The notes below the pieces were generated by a model. That model saw only the letters and a list, made by a program, of their open reading frames with translations. It did not search any database and had not been told where the DNA came from. Both the position numbers and the translations under genes were made by a program. A DNA stretch of 63,328 nt, the filler included, from Clostridiaceae bacterium (GTDB taxonomy: Bacteria > Bacillota > Clostridia > CAYPLH01 > DUMO01): the NCBI GenBank assembly GCA_012839865.1. It is 4 parts of 4 records of this genome, joined end to end, with 100 filler letters (N's around TTAATTAATTAA, not from the genome) between each part and the next. Parts side by side here need not be neighbours in the genome. Positions count along the whole stretch, not along the records: positions 46,624 to 56,299 come from DUMO01000061.1; positions 56,400 to 63,328 come from DUMO01000075.1; 2 more parts are not named here. The stretch is one strand, 5' to 3'. Numbering within the stretch: the first letter of the stretch is position 1; each line of letters begins with the position of its first letter. Of this stretch, positions 50,851 to 62,400 are shown piece after piece.

Positions 50851-52329
50851 ATGAAAAATTATATTGCTGCATATGATTTGGGAACCGGTGGTATAAAACT
50901 ATGTTTAGTTGACGTCCACGGCAAGATTGTGAAAACAGCTTTTACTTCATATCCCCTGTACATTCCTGATGAAGGATGGGCTGAACAAGAACCGGATGAT
51001 TACTGGAAAGCTGTATGTAATGTTACGAAACAGGTTTTATTCTCCGGAGATATCAAAGCTCATGAAATCATAGGGATTTTCTTTTGCACCCAGTGGAAAG
51101 GCATAATTCCGATAAGGGCTGACGGAAGTGTGCTAAGAAGAAGCATAATCTGGCTGGACCAGAGGGCTTCCAGGCAGGCTGAGGAATTAAATAAAAAGCT
51201 TGATACCAGTGATTTTATAAGCAGCGATTATTGGCCCAAGATAATGTGGATAAAAGAAAATGAGCCGAAAACTTACCGGGAAACCCATGTTTTCCTGGAA
51301 GCCAATGCTTACTTGAAATACCGGGCTTGCGGTACAATTACCAGTGACTTGACAAGTCACTTTACAAAGTCCTGCCATGAGAGAATCCAAAACAGGATGA
51401 ATGAAATCCTGGATGCGGGAAGTATTGACAAGGACAAATTCCCAAAGCTTGTCCAATCCCATGATGTGGTTGGCAGCCTGAAAAACCCGGCGGCATCTGA
51501 GATGGGATTGGTGGAAGGAATACCGGTCCTGGGGGGTTGCTGCGATATTCCGGCGATTGCTGTAGGAACCGGGGCTACCGATGTGGGGGATGCACATGTA
51601 TATTTTGGTTCTTCCGGTTGGTTTGCAGTAACAGGGGATATTTGCGATTTTTGGCCCCAAAGCCGCGTGGCGGCTTTTACAAGTGACAAAAACATATATT
51701 TCATGGGGTTGGAATCAGTCGGGTTAACGGTTAAATGGATACTTGACACTCTTTATCCAAATGAAAAAGAAAAGTTAGGGGAAGATGTCTATGCCTTTTT
51801 GGAAAATGAACTCCGGGAGGCTGGGACGGGTTCGTGTAATTTATATGCAACTCCGTCGTTGTATGGAGAAAACAAGCCCTTTTCCACTGATATCAGGTGC
51901 GCTTTTCTGAATTTAAGCGGACATCATAAAAGATGCCACATGGCAAGGGCTTTGCTGGAATCGATATGTTACTGTTTCAGGATATATAAAGACGATTATG
52001 AGACTACAACAGGCAGAAAGATAAAGAAAGTCCGGGCAGCCGGTGGTTGCGCCCAAAATTCAGTATGGATGCAAATGCTGGCGGATATTTTAGGGATTTG
52101 TGTAGAAATACCAATGGAGGCCAAATTTGCAGGAACCAGGGGAAGTGCATGCATTGCCGCCTTTGGACTGAATTTGTGTCAGGATTTGTCAGAGTACAGG
52201 AAAGAATCATCAATTGAGAGGATTTATAAGCCAAAGGACCATATCAGTGAAAAGTATGATGATTGTTTCCGTAAGTTTACAGGAATCATTCATAAAATAG
52301 AGGAAGTTCAGAAGTTTTTAAAAAATTGA
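50851..52329 (+). CDS. FGGY-family carbohydrate kinase (xylulokinase-like)
   Basis: AYDLGTGGIK, WAEQEPDDYW, IIWLDQRA, RALLESI, AGGCAQNSVWMQMLAD. Confidence 0.9.
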   Translation: MKNYIAAYDLGTGGIKLCLVDVHGKIVKTAFTSYPLYIPDEGWAEQEPDDYWKAVCNVTKQVLFSGDIKAHEIIGIFFCTQWKGIIPIRADGSVLRRSIIWLDQRASRQAEELNKKLDTSDFISSDYWPKIMWIKENEPKTYRETHVFLEANAYLKYRACGTITSDLTSHFTKSCHERIQNRMNEILDAGSIDKDKFPKLVQSHDVVGSLKNPAASEMGLVEGIPVLGGCCDIPAIAVGTGATDVGDAHVYFGSSGWFAVTGDICDFWPQSRVAAFTSDKNIYFMGLESVGLTVKWILDTLYPNEKEKLGEDVYAFLENELREAGTGSCNLYATPSLYGENKPFSTDIRCAFLNLSGHHKRCHMARALLESICYCFRIYKDDYETTTGRKIKKVRAAGGCAQNSVWMQMLADILGICVEIPMEAKFAGTRGSACIAAFGLNLCQDLSEYRKESSIERIYKPKDHISEKYDDCFRKFTGIIHKIEEVQKFLKN

Positions 52330-52346
52330 TTAGATAGGAGCTACAT

Positions 52347-53849
52347 ATGAGAGTCTTAGTAATGGAATTTCATCAGGAGTCAAATTCATTTTGTCCTGTA
52401 AAGACAGTATTCGATGATTATTCCAGATGCAGTGTTCTGGAAGGGGAAAACATATTTAAAAAAGTTCGCGGGAAAAAGCTGGCCCTTGCAGCAATGCTGG
52501 ATGCACTTGATGAAGCAGGAATCACCATTGTTCCGGGGTATGCAATGAGAGCACCGGCAGGAGGTATTGTAGAACATGTGGTGGTTGAGCATTTCCTGCA
52601 AAAGATGGAGAAGGCAATATCTGATAATATGCCTTTGGACGGTGCATTTTTCTCCATGCATGGGGCAACACAGTCAACACAAGTGGATGATGTTTGCGGC
52701 AGCATTTTGCAAAAGGCGCGAAAACTTCTGGGTAAAAAGGCTGTTATAAGTGTTTCCTGTGACCTGCATGCCAATGTGACGGATTTGATGTTTAAAAATG
52801 CAGATTTTATATGCGGGTACCTGACATATCCGCATATGGATATATATGAAACAGGTTACCGGGCTGCCAAATTAGGTATTAGAAAGCTTCAGGGAGATAA
52901 TAACCTTCACATGGCATGGACAAGATTGCCTATGATACTCCCGGCGTGTGGATACTCAACGGAAAGCGATGAGTTGGGCGAGATAATGCAAAATTTGAAA
53001 AATCTGAAACAAAATGGGGTACTGGAGGATTATTCAGTTTTTCAAATGCAGCCGTGGCTGGATGTAAGCAACGGAGGTTCAGCCATAATAGCAATTGCCA
53101 GGGATCAGGACACTGCCATGCATTATGCAAAGGAAACCGCACAATCAGTATGGGAGATACGAGACTTTATGAAACCCAAACTTCATGATTTGGAGGAAGT
53201 CATTGAGCTGGCAAAGACCTGCAAGGTTGATAAGCCATTAGTAGTGATTGATTTTTCGGATTCAACTAATGCCGGGGCTGCAGGGGACAATTTTGACATT
53301 GCAGCCTATATTTTAAATAATGCCGGAAATTTGAAAACTGCAACAGTCATAAACGATGCTCCTATTGTGGAAAAAGCCTTTTCGGCAGGGGTGGGAGCTG
53401 TTTTGGATACATATATAGGTGGAAGTAGAGATAAGAAACGTTCAACTCCTGTAAAGGTAAAAGCTATTGTATGCTCCCTGCATGATGGCAAGTTTTTGCT
53501 GGAGGGGCCTTCAATGCGCCGTGTAAATTGCAATATAGGCAGGACAGCAGTATTGTCTATAGGCAATATAGATGTAGTTGCATGCACTGCAATGGCCAGT
53601 ACCGGAGACCCTCAGTTATTCCGACACTTTGGTATTGAACCTACTTTCTATCAAATTGTAATTGTCAAGGCAAATAATTCATACAGGCCTGCTTATGAAA
53701 AAATAGCAGACCGCATTTGTCTGGTGGATACTCACTGTGCAGCGACTTCTTTTTTGGAAACATTACCCTTTAAAAAACTGCCTGGATTTTTCCATCCATT
53801 TTCAAAATCTGCTTTCCCGGAAGAATTTAGAGTTGTTTTAAGCAAGTAA
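52347..53849 (+). CDS. M81-family (MlrC-like) metallohydrolase
   Basis: EFHQESNSF, SMHGA, CDLHAN, YLTYPHMD, DSTNAG, VKANNS. Confidence 0.88.
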   Translation: MRVLVMEFHQESNSFCPVKTVFDDYSRCSVLEGENIFKKVRGKKLALAAMLDALDEAGITIVPGYAMRAPAGGIVEHVVVEHFLQKMEKAISDNMPLDGAFFSMHGATQSTQVDDVCGSILQKARKLLGKKAVISVSCDLHANVTDLMFKNADFICGYLTYPHMDIYETGYRAAKLGIRKLQGDNNLHMAWTRLPMILPACGYSTESDELGEIMQNLKNLKQNGVLEDYSVFQMQPWLDVSNGGSAIIAIARDQDTAMHYAKETAQSVWEIRDFMKPKLHDLEEVIELAKTCKVDKPLVVIDFSDSTNAGAAGDNFDIAAYILNNAGNLKTATVINDAPIVEKAFSAGVGAVLDTYIGGSRDKKRSTPVKVKAIVCSLHDGKFLLEGPSMRRVNCNIGRTAVLSIGNIDVVACTAMASTGDPQLFRHFGIEPTFYQIVIVKANNSYRPAYEKIADRICLVDTHCAATSFLETLPFKKLPGFFHPFSKSAFPEEFRVVLSK

Positions 53850-53872
53850 ATAATTTGGGGAGGAGTTTGATT

Positions 53873-54829
53873 ATGAAAAAGACAGCCTGGTGTTTCATGA
53901 TATTGGCATTACTATGCTGTATAATAATCAGCGGTTGTGACCGGAACGCATTAAATACAAGTCCTTCTTCTGAAGACCTCACAGATAACGACTCAACCCG
54001 CAAGACAAACTTACTGGTGCATTTTTATGATGTTCCTGAAACCGAAGATAAATGGGGAGATTGCACTTATATTGAGTTCCCAAACGGAGAAAACATGCTG
54101 ATTGACATAGGTGTTAAGGGAGCAGGAGAGTGGATAACAAAGGATTTGGTATCCCAGGGAATAACCCACATAGATTATCTGGTCTTTTCTCATTTTCATG
54201 CCGACCACGTAAACGGCTATTCGGCTCTCATAAAAGAAATCTCTGTTGGACAGGTTTACTCAACAGGGTATATTACCAAACAGTTTCAATGGGTTTTGGA
54301 TGATATAAAAGACCGGAACATACCCCACACGGTATTGACAGCTGGAGATAGTTTTACTGTTGGGGATGTTGTCGTTGATGTATTATGGCCCACCAGGGAT
54401 TTGGTATCTGAAATGCCGACCCTTGACGCAAACGATAACAATTGTATTATTGACACCAACAACCGTTCTTTTCTACTGCGTTTTTCATATATAAAAAATC
54501 GTTTGCTCATGACTTCGGACTTGTTTATAGAAGCTCAAAACGATATACTGGAAATGTATGATGCGGATGAACTTAAGGCTGATGTTATGAAGGTTCCCCA
54601 TCACGGTTATGATAATGCCATAAACCGTAAATTCATAGAAGCTGTGACGCCTAAATATGCCGTTATGATGGGTAACCATGTTATGACCCGTGTCGGATAC
54701 AACAGATATGCCAGTGTAGGGTGCAAGACTTTTGCAACATGGATGAACGGGGATGTATGGGTTTCCTTTGATGGTGAGAATATTGAGGTATGGGCTGACA
54801 ATGAAGAGATACACAAGTATTATCAATAA
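53873..54829 (+). CDS. ComEC-like metallo-beta-lactamase-fold hydrolase, lipoprotein
   Basis: Lipobox IISGC, GDCTYI, SHFHADHVNG, KVPHHG. Confidence 0.85.
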   Translation: MKKTAWCFMILALLCCIIISGCDRNALNTSPSSEDLTDNDSTRKTNLLVHFYDVPETEDKWGDCTYIEFPNGENMLIDIGVKGAGEWITKDLVSQGITHIDYLVFSHFHADHVNGYSALIKEISVGQVYSTGYITKQFQWVLDDIKDRNIPHTVLTAGDSFTVGDVVVDVLWPTRDLVSEMPTLDANDNNCIIDTNNRSFLLRFSYIKNRLLMTSDLFIEAQNDILEMYDADELKADVMKVPHHGYDNAINRKFIEAVTPKYAVMMGNHVMTRVGYNRYASVGCKTFATWMNGDVWVSFDGENIEVWADNEEIHKYYQ

Positions 54830-54843
54830 GGAAAGGGATATTT

Positions 54844-56118
54844 ATGATAAGCATTGAACTGCCATATGGGAAAAGCAAAGTAGATTTTATGGTGCCAAAA
54901 TCACGTTTGACGGGAATTTTGAATTCGCAGCTCAATAAATATAAACCTCCCTTGGATGATTCGCAGCTTGTTCGAAAAGCCATGGAAAATCCGATTGGAA
55001 CAAAAAAACTGGAAGAGCTGGCGGTGGATAAGAATAATATTGTTATAATCGCCAGTGACCACACCCGTCCTGTACCAAGCAAGGCTATAATCCCTCTCAT
55101 GCTGGAAGCAATCCGGAAAGGAAATCCAAATGCCAATATCACAATATTGATTGCAACAGGATGTCACCGCAGCACAACAACAGAAGAATTAGTGGCCAAA
55201 TTTGGCGAAGATATAGTGAAATCAGAAAAAATTGCAATCCATGACTGTGACGACAGGGAGGCTTTGATTGAAATTGGAACGCTTCCTTCCGGCGGAAGAC
55301 TGACAATCAACCGCCTGGCGGCGGAAGCTGACCTCTTGCTGGCAGAGGGGTTTATAGAACCGCATTTTTTTGCCGGTTATTCAGGTGGCGGAAAGTGTAT
55401 TTTACCAGGAATTGCCTCCCGGGAGAGCGTAATGGTTAACCACTGCTCGGAGTTCATATCTGACAAGAAATCCCGGACCGGCATTCTGGAAGGCAACCCG
55501 ATTCGCCATGATATTGACTGGGCATGCTGCAGGGCTAATCTTGCATATATTGTTAATGTTGTGTTGAATTCCGAAAAGGAAATAGTTTATGCTGTAGCCG
55601 GGGATCCCATCGAAGCCCATAGGGCCGGTTGCTCATTCCTGGACAATCTCTGCAGGGTTGATAGGGTGGAATCGGATATAGTGGTCACAACAAACGGTGG
55701 CTATCCTCTCGACCAGAACATTTATCAGGCGGTAAAGGGAATGACAGCTGCAGAGGCAACGGTACGCCAGGACGGTGTTATCATAATGTTGGCGGAATCC
55801 CGGGACGGACATGGCGGGGAATCCTTTTGCCGGGAGGTTATGCAGTCTTCAGACCCTGAGGAGCTGGAGAAATTGTTTATCGCACGCTGCAGGGTAAAGA
55901 CAGTACCGGACCAGTGGCAGGCGCAAATATTTGCCCGGATATTGAAAAAAGCCCGGATTATTTATGTCTCAGAGGCTGAGGATGAGCTTGTCAGAAACCT
56001 CCATATGGAACCTGCCCATTCTTTGGAGGAAGCAATGAAAAAAGCGGAAATGATTTTAAACAACCCTGAAGCAAAAGTTGCAGTAATTCCGGATGGTGTT
56101 TCTGTTATTGTGGTTTAA
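54844..56118 (+). CDS. larA: LarA-family nickel-pincer-dependent racemase/epimerase
   Basis: SDHTRP, ATGCHR, EPHFFAGYSGGGK, NH, GGYPLDQNIYQAVKG. Confidence 0.88.
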   Translation: MISIELPYGKSKVDFMVPKSRLTGILNSQLNKYKPPLDDSQLVRKAMENPIGTKKLEELAVDKNNIVIIASDHTRPVPSKAIIPLMLEAIRKGNPNANITILIATGCHRSTTTEELVAKFGEDIVKSEKIAIHDCDDREALIEIGTLPSGGRLTINRLAAEADLLLAEGFIEPHFFAGYSGGGKCILPGIASRESVMVNHCSEFISDKKSRTGILEGNPIRHDIDWACCRANLAYIVNVVLNSEKEIVYAVAGDPIEAHRAGCSFLDNLCRVDRVESDIVVTTNGGYPLDQNIYQAVKGMTAAEATVRQDGVIIMLAESRDGHGGESFCREVMQSSDPEELEKLFIARCRVKTVPDQWQAQIFARILKKARIIYVSEAEDELVRNLHMEPAHSLEEAMKKAEMILNNPEAKVAVIPDGVSVIVV

Positions 56119-56299
56119 GGGAGTCTGACAACCCTGTCCGGGCTGTGATAAATGGATAAGCATATTTGGTTGTTTTAGTAAATCCGGCGGGAATCCTCCG
56201 CATTTGAATGGGGAGATGAAAGCCGGGTTTCGGTACGAAACTTTACCATGTGTAAGTTTTTGAATCATTCATAGTCAAAACCATAAATACAACCATAAG

Positions 56300-56399
56300 N
56301 NNNNNNNNNNNNNNNNNNNNNNNNNNNNNNNNNNNNNNNNNNNTTAATTAATTAANNNNNNNNNNNNNNNNNNNNNNNNNNNNNNNNNNNNNNNNNNNN
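56300..56399. other. Artificial contig-joining linker
   Basis: 44 N + TTAATTAATTAA + 44 N. Confidence 0.97.
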
Positions 56400-56402
56400 C
56401 CC

Positions 56403-59400
56403 CTACCACTCCCTGTTGAATTTAAGGTCATCCAGGGCTGTCTGGCTGAGGTTGTACCAAAAAACTTCCCCGTGGTTCCTTCCTTTACCTGCAAGGTCCA
56501 ACTGTGACGGCCTGTTTGCACCATAACTGCTGCCATCTCCTGCAGCCCATTTATTTTCATGGAAAGTATAATCAAAAGTTGCACCTGTTTCGCTGTGGGC
56601 GGTTATGTCAAAGACAACGAGAAGTTTGTTCTTTAAAGTATTATCCCTGAATAAATCAAGTGGTTCACCTTTTTTTACCACTTTAGCTGTAGACGGCAGG
56701 AAGAAATCAAAAAACCATGTGTTGTAATTGGCCTTGTCAGGTTCGGCATCATGCAAAGTACGTTGATTCCGGTTCAGTTGAATATTATGGCAAATATCAT
56801 AATATTCACTGTCCCGCAGCAGACAATATTCTCCATTTTTATCCTGTACGTAAATATCTGCTTCGAATATGTTATTTGCATTATCCATGGCATAATATGA
56901 TACGTTAATATTTATATAATCACCGTTCCGGTCCAATCCGGCAGAATCTATCCTGCAGTTAATCATGTATCCAAGCTTGATTCCGTCATGCTGTATATTT
57001 CTGAATACCGGCATATCTTCAATGCCTATACCATTCTTGGCAAGTTCCGTCGGCTCCCCATTCTCCTTTTCAAAATACTCCTTCCAGTTGAAATCCAGTA
57101 TTTTTGTAATCCTGAAATTCTCCAGCTTAAGCCTCCGGATATAATAGGTCATCTCCTTGCTTTCAACATTCCCGTTGGTGGTAATTGCAGTAAAACGCAT
57201 GGTTCCGTGGTTAACTCCTTCAAAAAAAGGCTCGTCGATATGGGTTGTCCAATCCCACTTGTTGTCATTGTCATTGTCCGAAAGGCTTATATTCTGGTAA
57301 ACATCCCCGGTTTCATTCATAAGTTCAACATTCACATGGGAAACATAGGGGGTTGTTCTTGCAATAAAAACATTCTCAAAGTATTGAGAAAGAATTGAAT
57401 TAAATATGCCTTGCTCTGTTTCCACGTTTGTTGCATCGGTATAAGTCTTCTTCTCTGCATCGTTGTATACTTCAATATTGAGATCCGCCAATGTGAGAAC
57501 AGAAATGTTTTGCATCCTGTATTCAGTTGTGCCCGGCACTGTTTCCGCGCTGATTTTAACTGTGTGCATACCATCGGACAAATCCGGCGGTATGGTGCCG
57601 CAAAACACTTCAGCCCCATAAATGTACTCATAACCGTCATATTCCGGTGTTCCCAGCACAAGCTCCCCATGCAGTTCCTCATTAAGCCAGACTTGTGCTT
57701 TAAGCACTTCAATGTTTGATTTTATTATCGCTCCCCTTTGGCTGTCCTCCTCTGAAACAATACTGTATGATCCACCTGCAGAAACAAATGGCAGGATTGG
57801 ATTGTCACCGTTTATAGTATTAAAGAAAATATCAACCCTGGGTGCATATAGAGTATATGGACCATAGCATCCATATGCCTTGTTGCCTGCTTTATCAAAG
57901 GCTTCTATATGCAAATATGCAGTACCTGTTTCCGTATAGCTTATGCTGCAGCTGCTGCTATATTCATCATTCCAGGTGCCCGGCAGCATGGTAGTGCCGG
58001 ACCAGGCATATCTGAACCGGCTGAATCCGCTTCCACCGGCATCGGATATGTTAACCTCTACAGGAAGTTCAAAGCCTGCCATGCTGTGGGATTGAGGTGA
58101 TACCTGAATTACTGGGGGAGTCTTGTCTATTTTTACCATGCAAAATGATTCTTCCCCGATATTCCCTACATTATCGACAGTTCTCGCATATATGATCGTT
58201 TCACCTTCTTGTGACACAGTAAAGGTGCTGGTATAATCAAGCCATTCACTGCCATAACCAATTTTGTATTGGCTTTTTTCCACTCCGCTTCCTGTATCCG
58301 TTCCGTGGGTTATATTAATGATAACGTCTCTATTTGTCCATTCCCCGTTGCTTGAGTTAATCAGTGGCCTGCCGGGGCTTGTTCCGTCAACACCGATATA
58401 ACATCCTGTGCCGTTATAGTCAGCGATATTTCCGGCTTTATCAGCAAATCCATACTGCACTTCACTTAAGACGTCACCGAGCCCTTTGACAGACCAGGTT
58501 ACTTCATAATAACCGTCCCTTTCAAGGGATTCCCTTGCTCCGGTTATTTTTGTGTAAGAGCTCGTCATCCATTCGTTTATATGCATCGCTCCCGATTCCC
58601 AATCGTGAACAGCTCTGTTATCACCTGCCGAAGGCAGTCTTATATATGAGTATCTCATGCCGGATTCTGCTTCGTAACCTCGGATAGAAATCGATACTGA
58701 CTCATCAGGCCTTATCCAGTGATATGCACCATTTCTATACCTATACCCGCTGATATCGGTTGCTGTGTATAACGGAGGTGACTTGTCTATTAAATACGCA
58801 TTTGATGAAACAGTTACCATGTTCCCGCTTTTATCATAAACTTCTACCTGTATTCGCCATACACCGGTGCTGTCCAAAACGATGCTTTGATTCATTTCGG
58901 CAGGCACAAACAGGCTCCAGTCACTGAAGTTATGGCCATTATCCCGGGATGTTCTGTATCTCCACCTGGACACACCTGAACCGCCGGAATCTGTATAATT
59001 GAAAAGTACCGTAACATTTGAATTGGTCCAATCACACCCGCCCGGATAAAGCCCGCCGGAAGGTTTGGACATATCTATACAATATGTTCCTGATGTTATT
59101 GTTTGGCTGTTGCCTGCATTATCGTATACCTCTGCCTGTATTTTCCACAATCCCTCCTGAGTCAGGAAAATGTTTCCGCTTGTATCACCGTAGAAATAAT
59201 CACTCCACGAGCCATAATTTCCACCATTATTGTTGGATGTCCTGTACCTCCACCGGTATAAGCCACTGCCCCCTGAATCTTCCGGGTCAAATATTATTTT
59301 CAGGACGTCGTTGGTCCATTCATAGGCATTCGGTAAAAACTTTCCTTCCGGAAGAACTGTTTCAATATAATAGGTACCTGATGTGATTGTTGCTATATTT

Positions 59401-62400
59401 CCGGCTCTGTCCACTACTTCAGCTTGTATCTTGTATATTCCGTCTCTATTGAGGGGTATGTTTCCACCGGCACCGCCTGTTATATAGCTGCTCCAGGAAC
59501 CCCAGCCTGAACCATTGTCAGTTGAAACACGATACCTCCATTTGTCTATACCTGAACCCCCTGCGTCAGAAGGATAAAATGCAACGTTTACTGTATCATT
59601 GGTCCAACTGCTGTTATCAGGTGAAAACACACCTGACGGGTAAATATCATCAATATTACTGACTGACACCGAAACAGTACATGTATTCCCTGCATTGTCC
59701 TCAATTACGAAATTATAAGTCCCGTTTAGAGATACAGCATAATTGCAGGTGTCACTGTTTATCACAGTGCCATTGGGCAATCTTATGCATTTTATTCCGC
59801 TTAGTGTATCAATTCCTTTAACGTTGATTAGAACACTGCTGTTTGTCCAGGATGAATTGCTTACAGTGTAAGTGCCGGTAGGCAAAGTTTTATCTATGCA
59901 GTATGGTCCGGCCAATTTATATGACTTGCCATTACCATAAACCCCTTCTATATGTAGAAACCATATACCTTCTGTTTGTTGGGATAATGAAAAACTCCTG
60001 TTATATGAACGATTCCACCCGCCTGCAGGCTTAATTGCAGAGGTAGACCACAAATAATCAACATAAGTAAAGTTGCCTGTACAGGAAACATTTACACTCA
60101 CATTCGTTTTATCCCACGGGCGCATATCAGGATTAACAGTTATATCAGGCGGAGTATCTTTATAATCTTCCCCTCTTACAGCAATTATTTCAGGTTCACT
60201 CCAGGCACCCTGCATATCCCTGACCTCAAATTTTATATAAGTATATTCACTGGATGATATCACTCCTGAAGGCAACCCATTTATCCATGCTCCCGCACTT
60301 CCAACCCTGTATTGCCACCTTTTCTCTGCAATCCCCCTGTTTTCACTTGAAACTCTGTCAGGGTCATAGGAGTTGTCTGTTATTTTAACCCTGTAGCCAT
60401 TATCGTAATACACATAAGCCTCAAAATTAGCCACAGGCCTGCGATGGGCATAAATTATCCGAGTACTGTTTTTTTCATCACTCCACAATCTATATGAATC
60501 AAACTTGTTATTGTTTTTTGGATTATCCCTTGACATGACAACAACTATATACTTGCCTGGTTTTGTGAAAATTTGCTTGGGATTGGATAATAACTGACCT
60601 GAGTCAGGATCCAGACCCTCACTGTTTTCGAAAAAGTAGGGGTCATGAGTATACTTCCATTTCATCTCATATAAAGGGTCACTTTCGTAATCTTTATAAA
60701 AATACTCATAATTATAAGGTTCGCCTACTATCGCATAAGAAGTGACTTGAGAAGACTCTGCAGGATTTTTATTCTTTATGTCATCTAATATAGCCTGTAA
60801 ATTATTATAATTAACCAACTCACAAAAGTTTGTACTGATCATTAAATCAGATAAATTAACTGTTTGCCTGTTTGGTTGTGGATTTTGTACATGATCCGGG
60901 GCATATGCACTTTGGTATGTTGTAAGCTGGTCATCCCTGGCAGATATATATATTTCAAAGTTATTGTCATTCAGCCAATTAACAAAAGAATCATTTAATG
61001 TATTGACCAGGCCGTATCCAGTTTTCTTGTCCCAAATTGAATGAAAGAAAATTGCATAATTTACTGCCCCGGTCCTTACGTTTATATTTGACCTTAAAAC
61101 GTCATAATCCAGCCCATATACTTTTACCGGTTTATATGCAGTCTCAGTCCTGGCTATCCTGTTTCTCCCCTGTGGTAATAATTTTGGCGACCATACATAG
61201 GTCTCCCAATAATATCCGGAACTGCCTTTTAATTTGCCTATCCATCCCGCATAGCCAGCCAGTTCAGGATAACTGGAACTTGTATCTATTGTAACGTATT
61301 TGGCTCCGTAATAACTAGTTGCGGGTATTTTCGAAACACTCATAACTTCTGCTGAATAAACTATTTCATATAAGTCACAATATCCATATTCTGTTGGTTT
61401 TCCATAAATCAAAGAATTTGCGTCTTTACAAAAGATGACGTTATCTTCTGAATATGCCTCATTTAAAATATTTATTTCTGCCTGAGTTAAATTTTCAGTT
61501 TTTATTGTCATACAATATTGTGCAGGCAGGTGAGAGTTATATGTATCGAAAGTCCATCTTATTTTCTTAAAATCACCATTCGTAAGCCTTACAATAAAAA
61601 CATTGGTGATTTTTTCTCCCTTTTCCTTTTCTCCAAAAAAAACATCCCAATCATAATTAGTTGTAAAAACTATATCCTCTACATCGTTTACAGGTATTAG
61701 GATATCTTTATTTGTGCTATACCAACCATCCCATTCGTACCATTCAAATCTATAAGTCGCGCCTAATCGCCCACCGTCCAACAAATAATATGTTGCCTTT
61801 CCATTATGCCAAAGTTCTGTGATTTCACCCCATCTATAAGTCATATATGCTTCATCAATTTTCATTCTTACCTGATATCCAAACTTTACTTCAGGTTCTG
61901 CTATACTACAGGTACTGCAGCTATTATGATTACCGATGTGCGTATAATTTTTAGTATTGTAATAAATATAATTAACATCAAAACCTCTGCTTAACATTTC
62001 AGCTTTGAAATCATTAAGAGCTGAAAGACTATTGGTTTCATGGTGAGAGCCTGCCAAATCACTTGAAAAAACATATACGTCTATCATTCTGGCAGGTTTC
62101 ATTTCAAAACTAGTTACAGGTGCTACATTTATTACCTCAACCACTTTTTCAGACAAGGGCTTGTCTGATGTAGTATCAAATGCATAATCATTTCCACTTA
62201 TAAGACCTGGTATGGTATCCTGCCCAAAGCCCTCGTATACCTCCAGCTCAAACAAGTATTTACCAACTTGATTAGTCCTTAATGTGACGGTAGTGGAATT
62301 ACCATCATGTAAAACCTGAGTCACCTCGTCATCAAAAGAACCATCATTGTCTGAATCATATTTGTAAGTCCATTTTCTTCTTGCAATAATATCCCCGTCC

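Noticed and set aside
56119..56299. Possible IS200/IS605-type right end (GAATCCTCCGCATTTGAATGGGGAG) at the contig end
   Set aside because: Weak resemblance only; no tnpA/tnpB sequence on this contig.
56348..56584. ORFs running into or starting in N linkers (also the X-containing end of 22940..23926)
   Set aside because: Artefacts of the contig-joining linkers.
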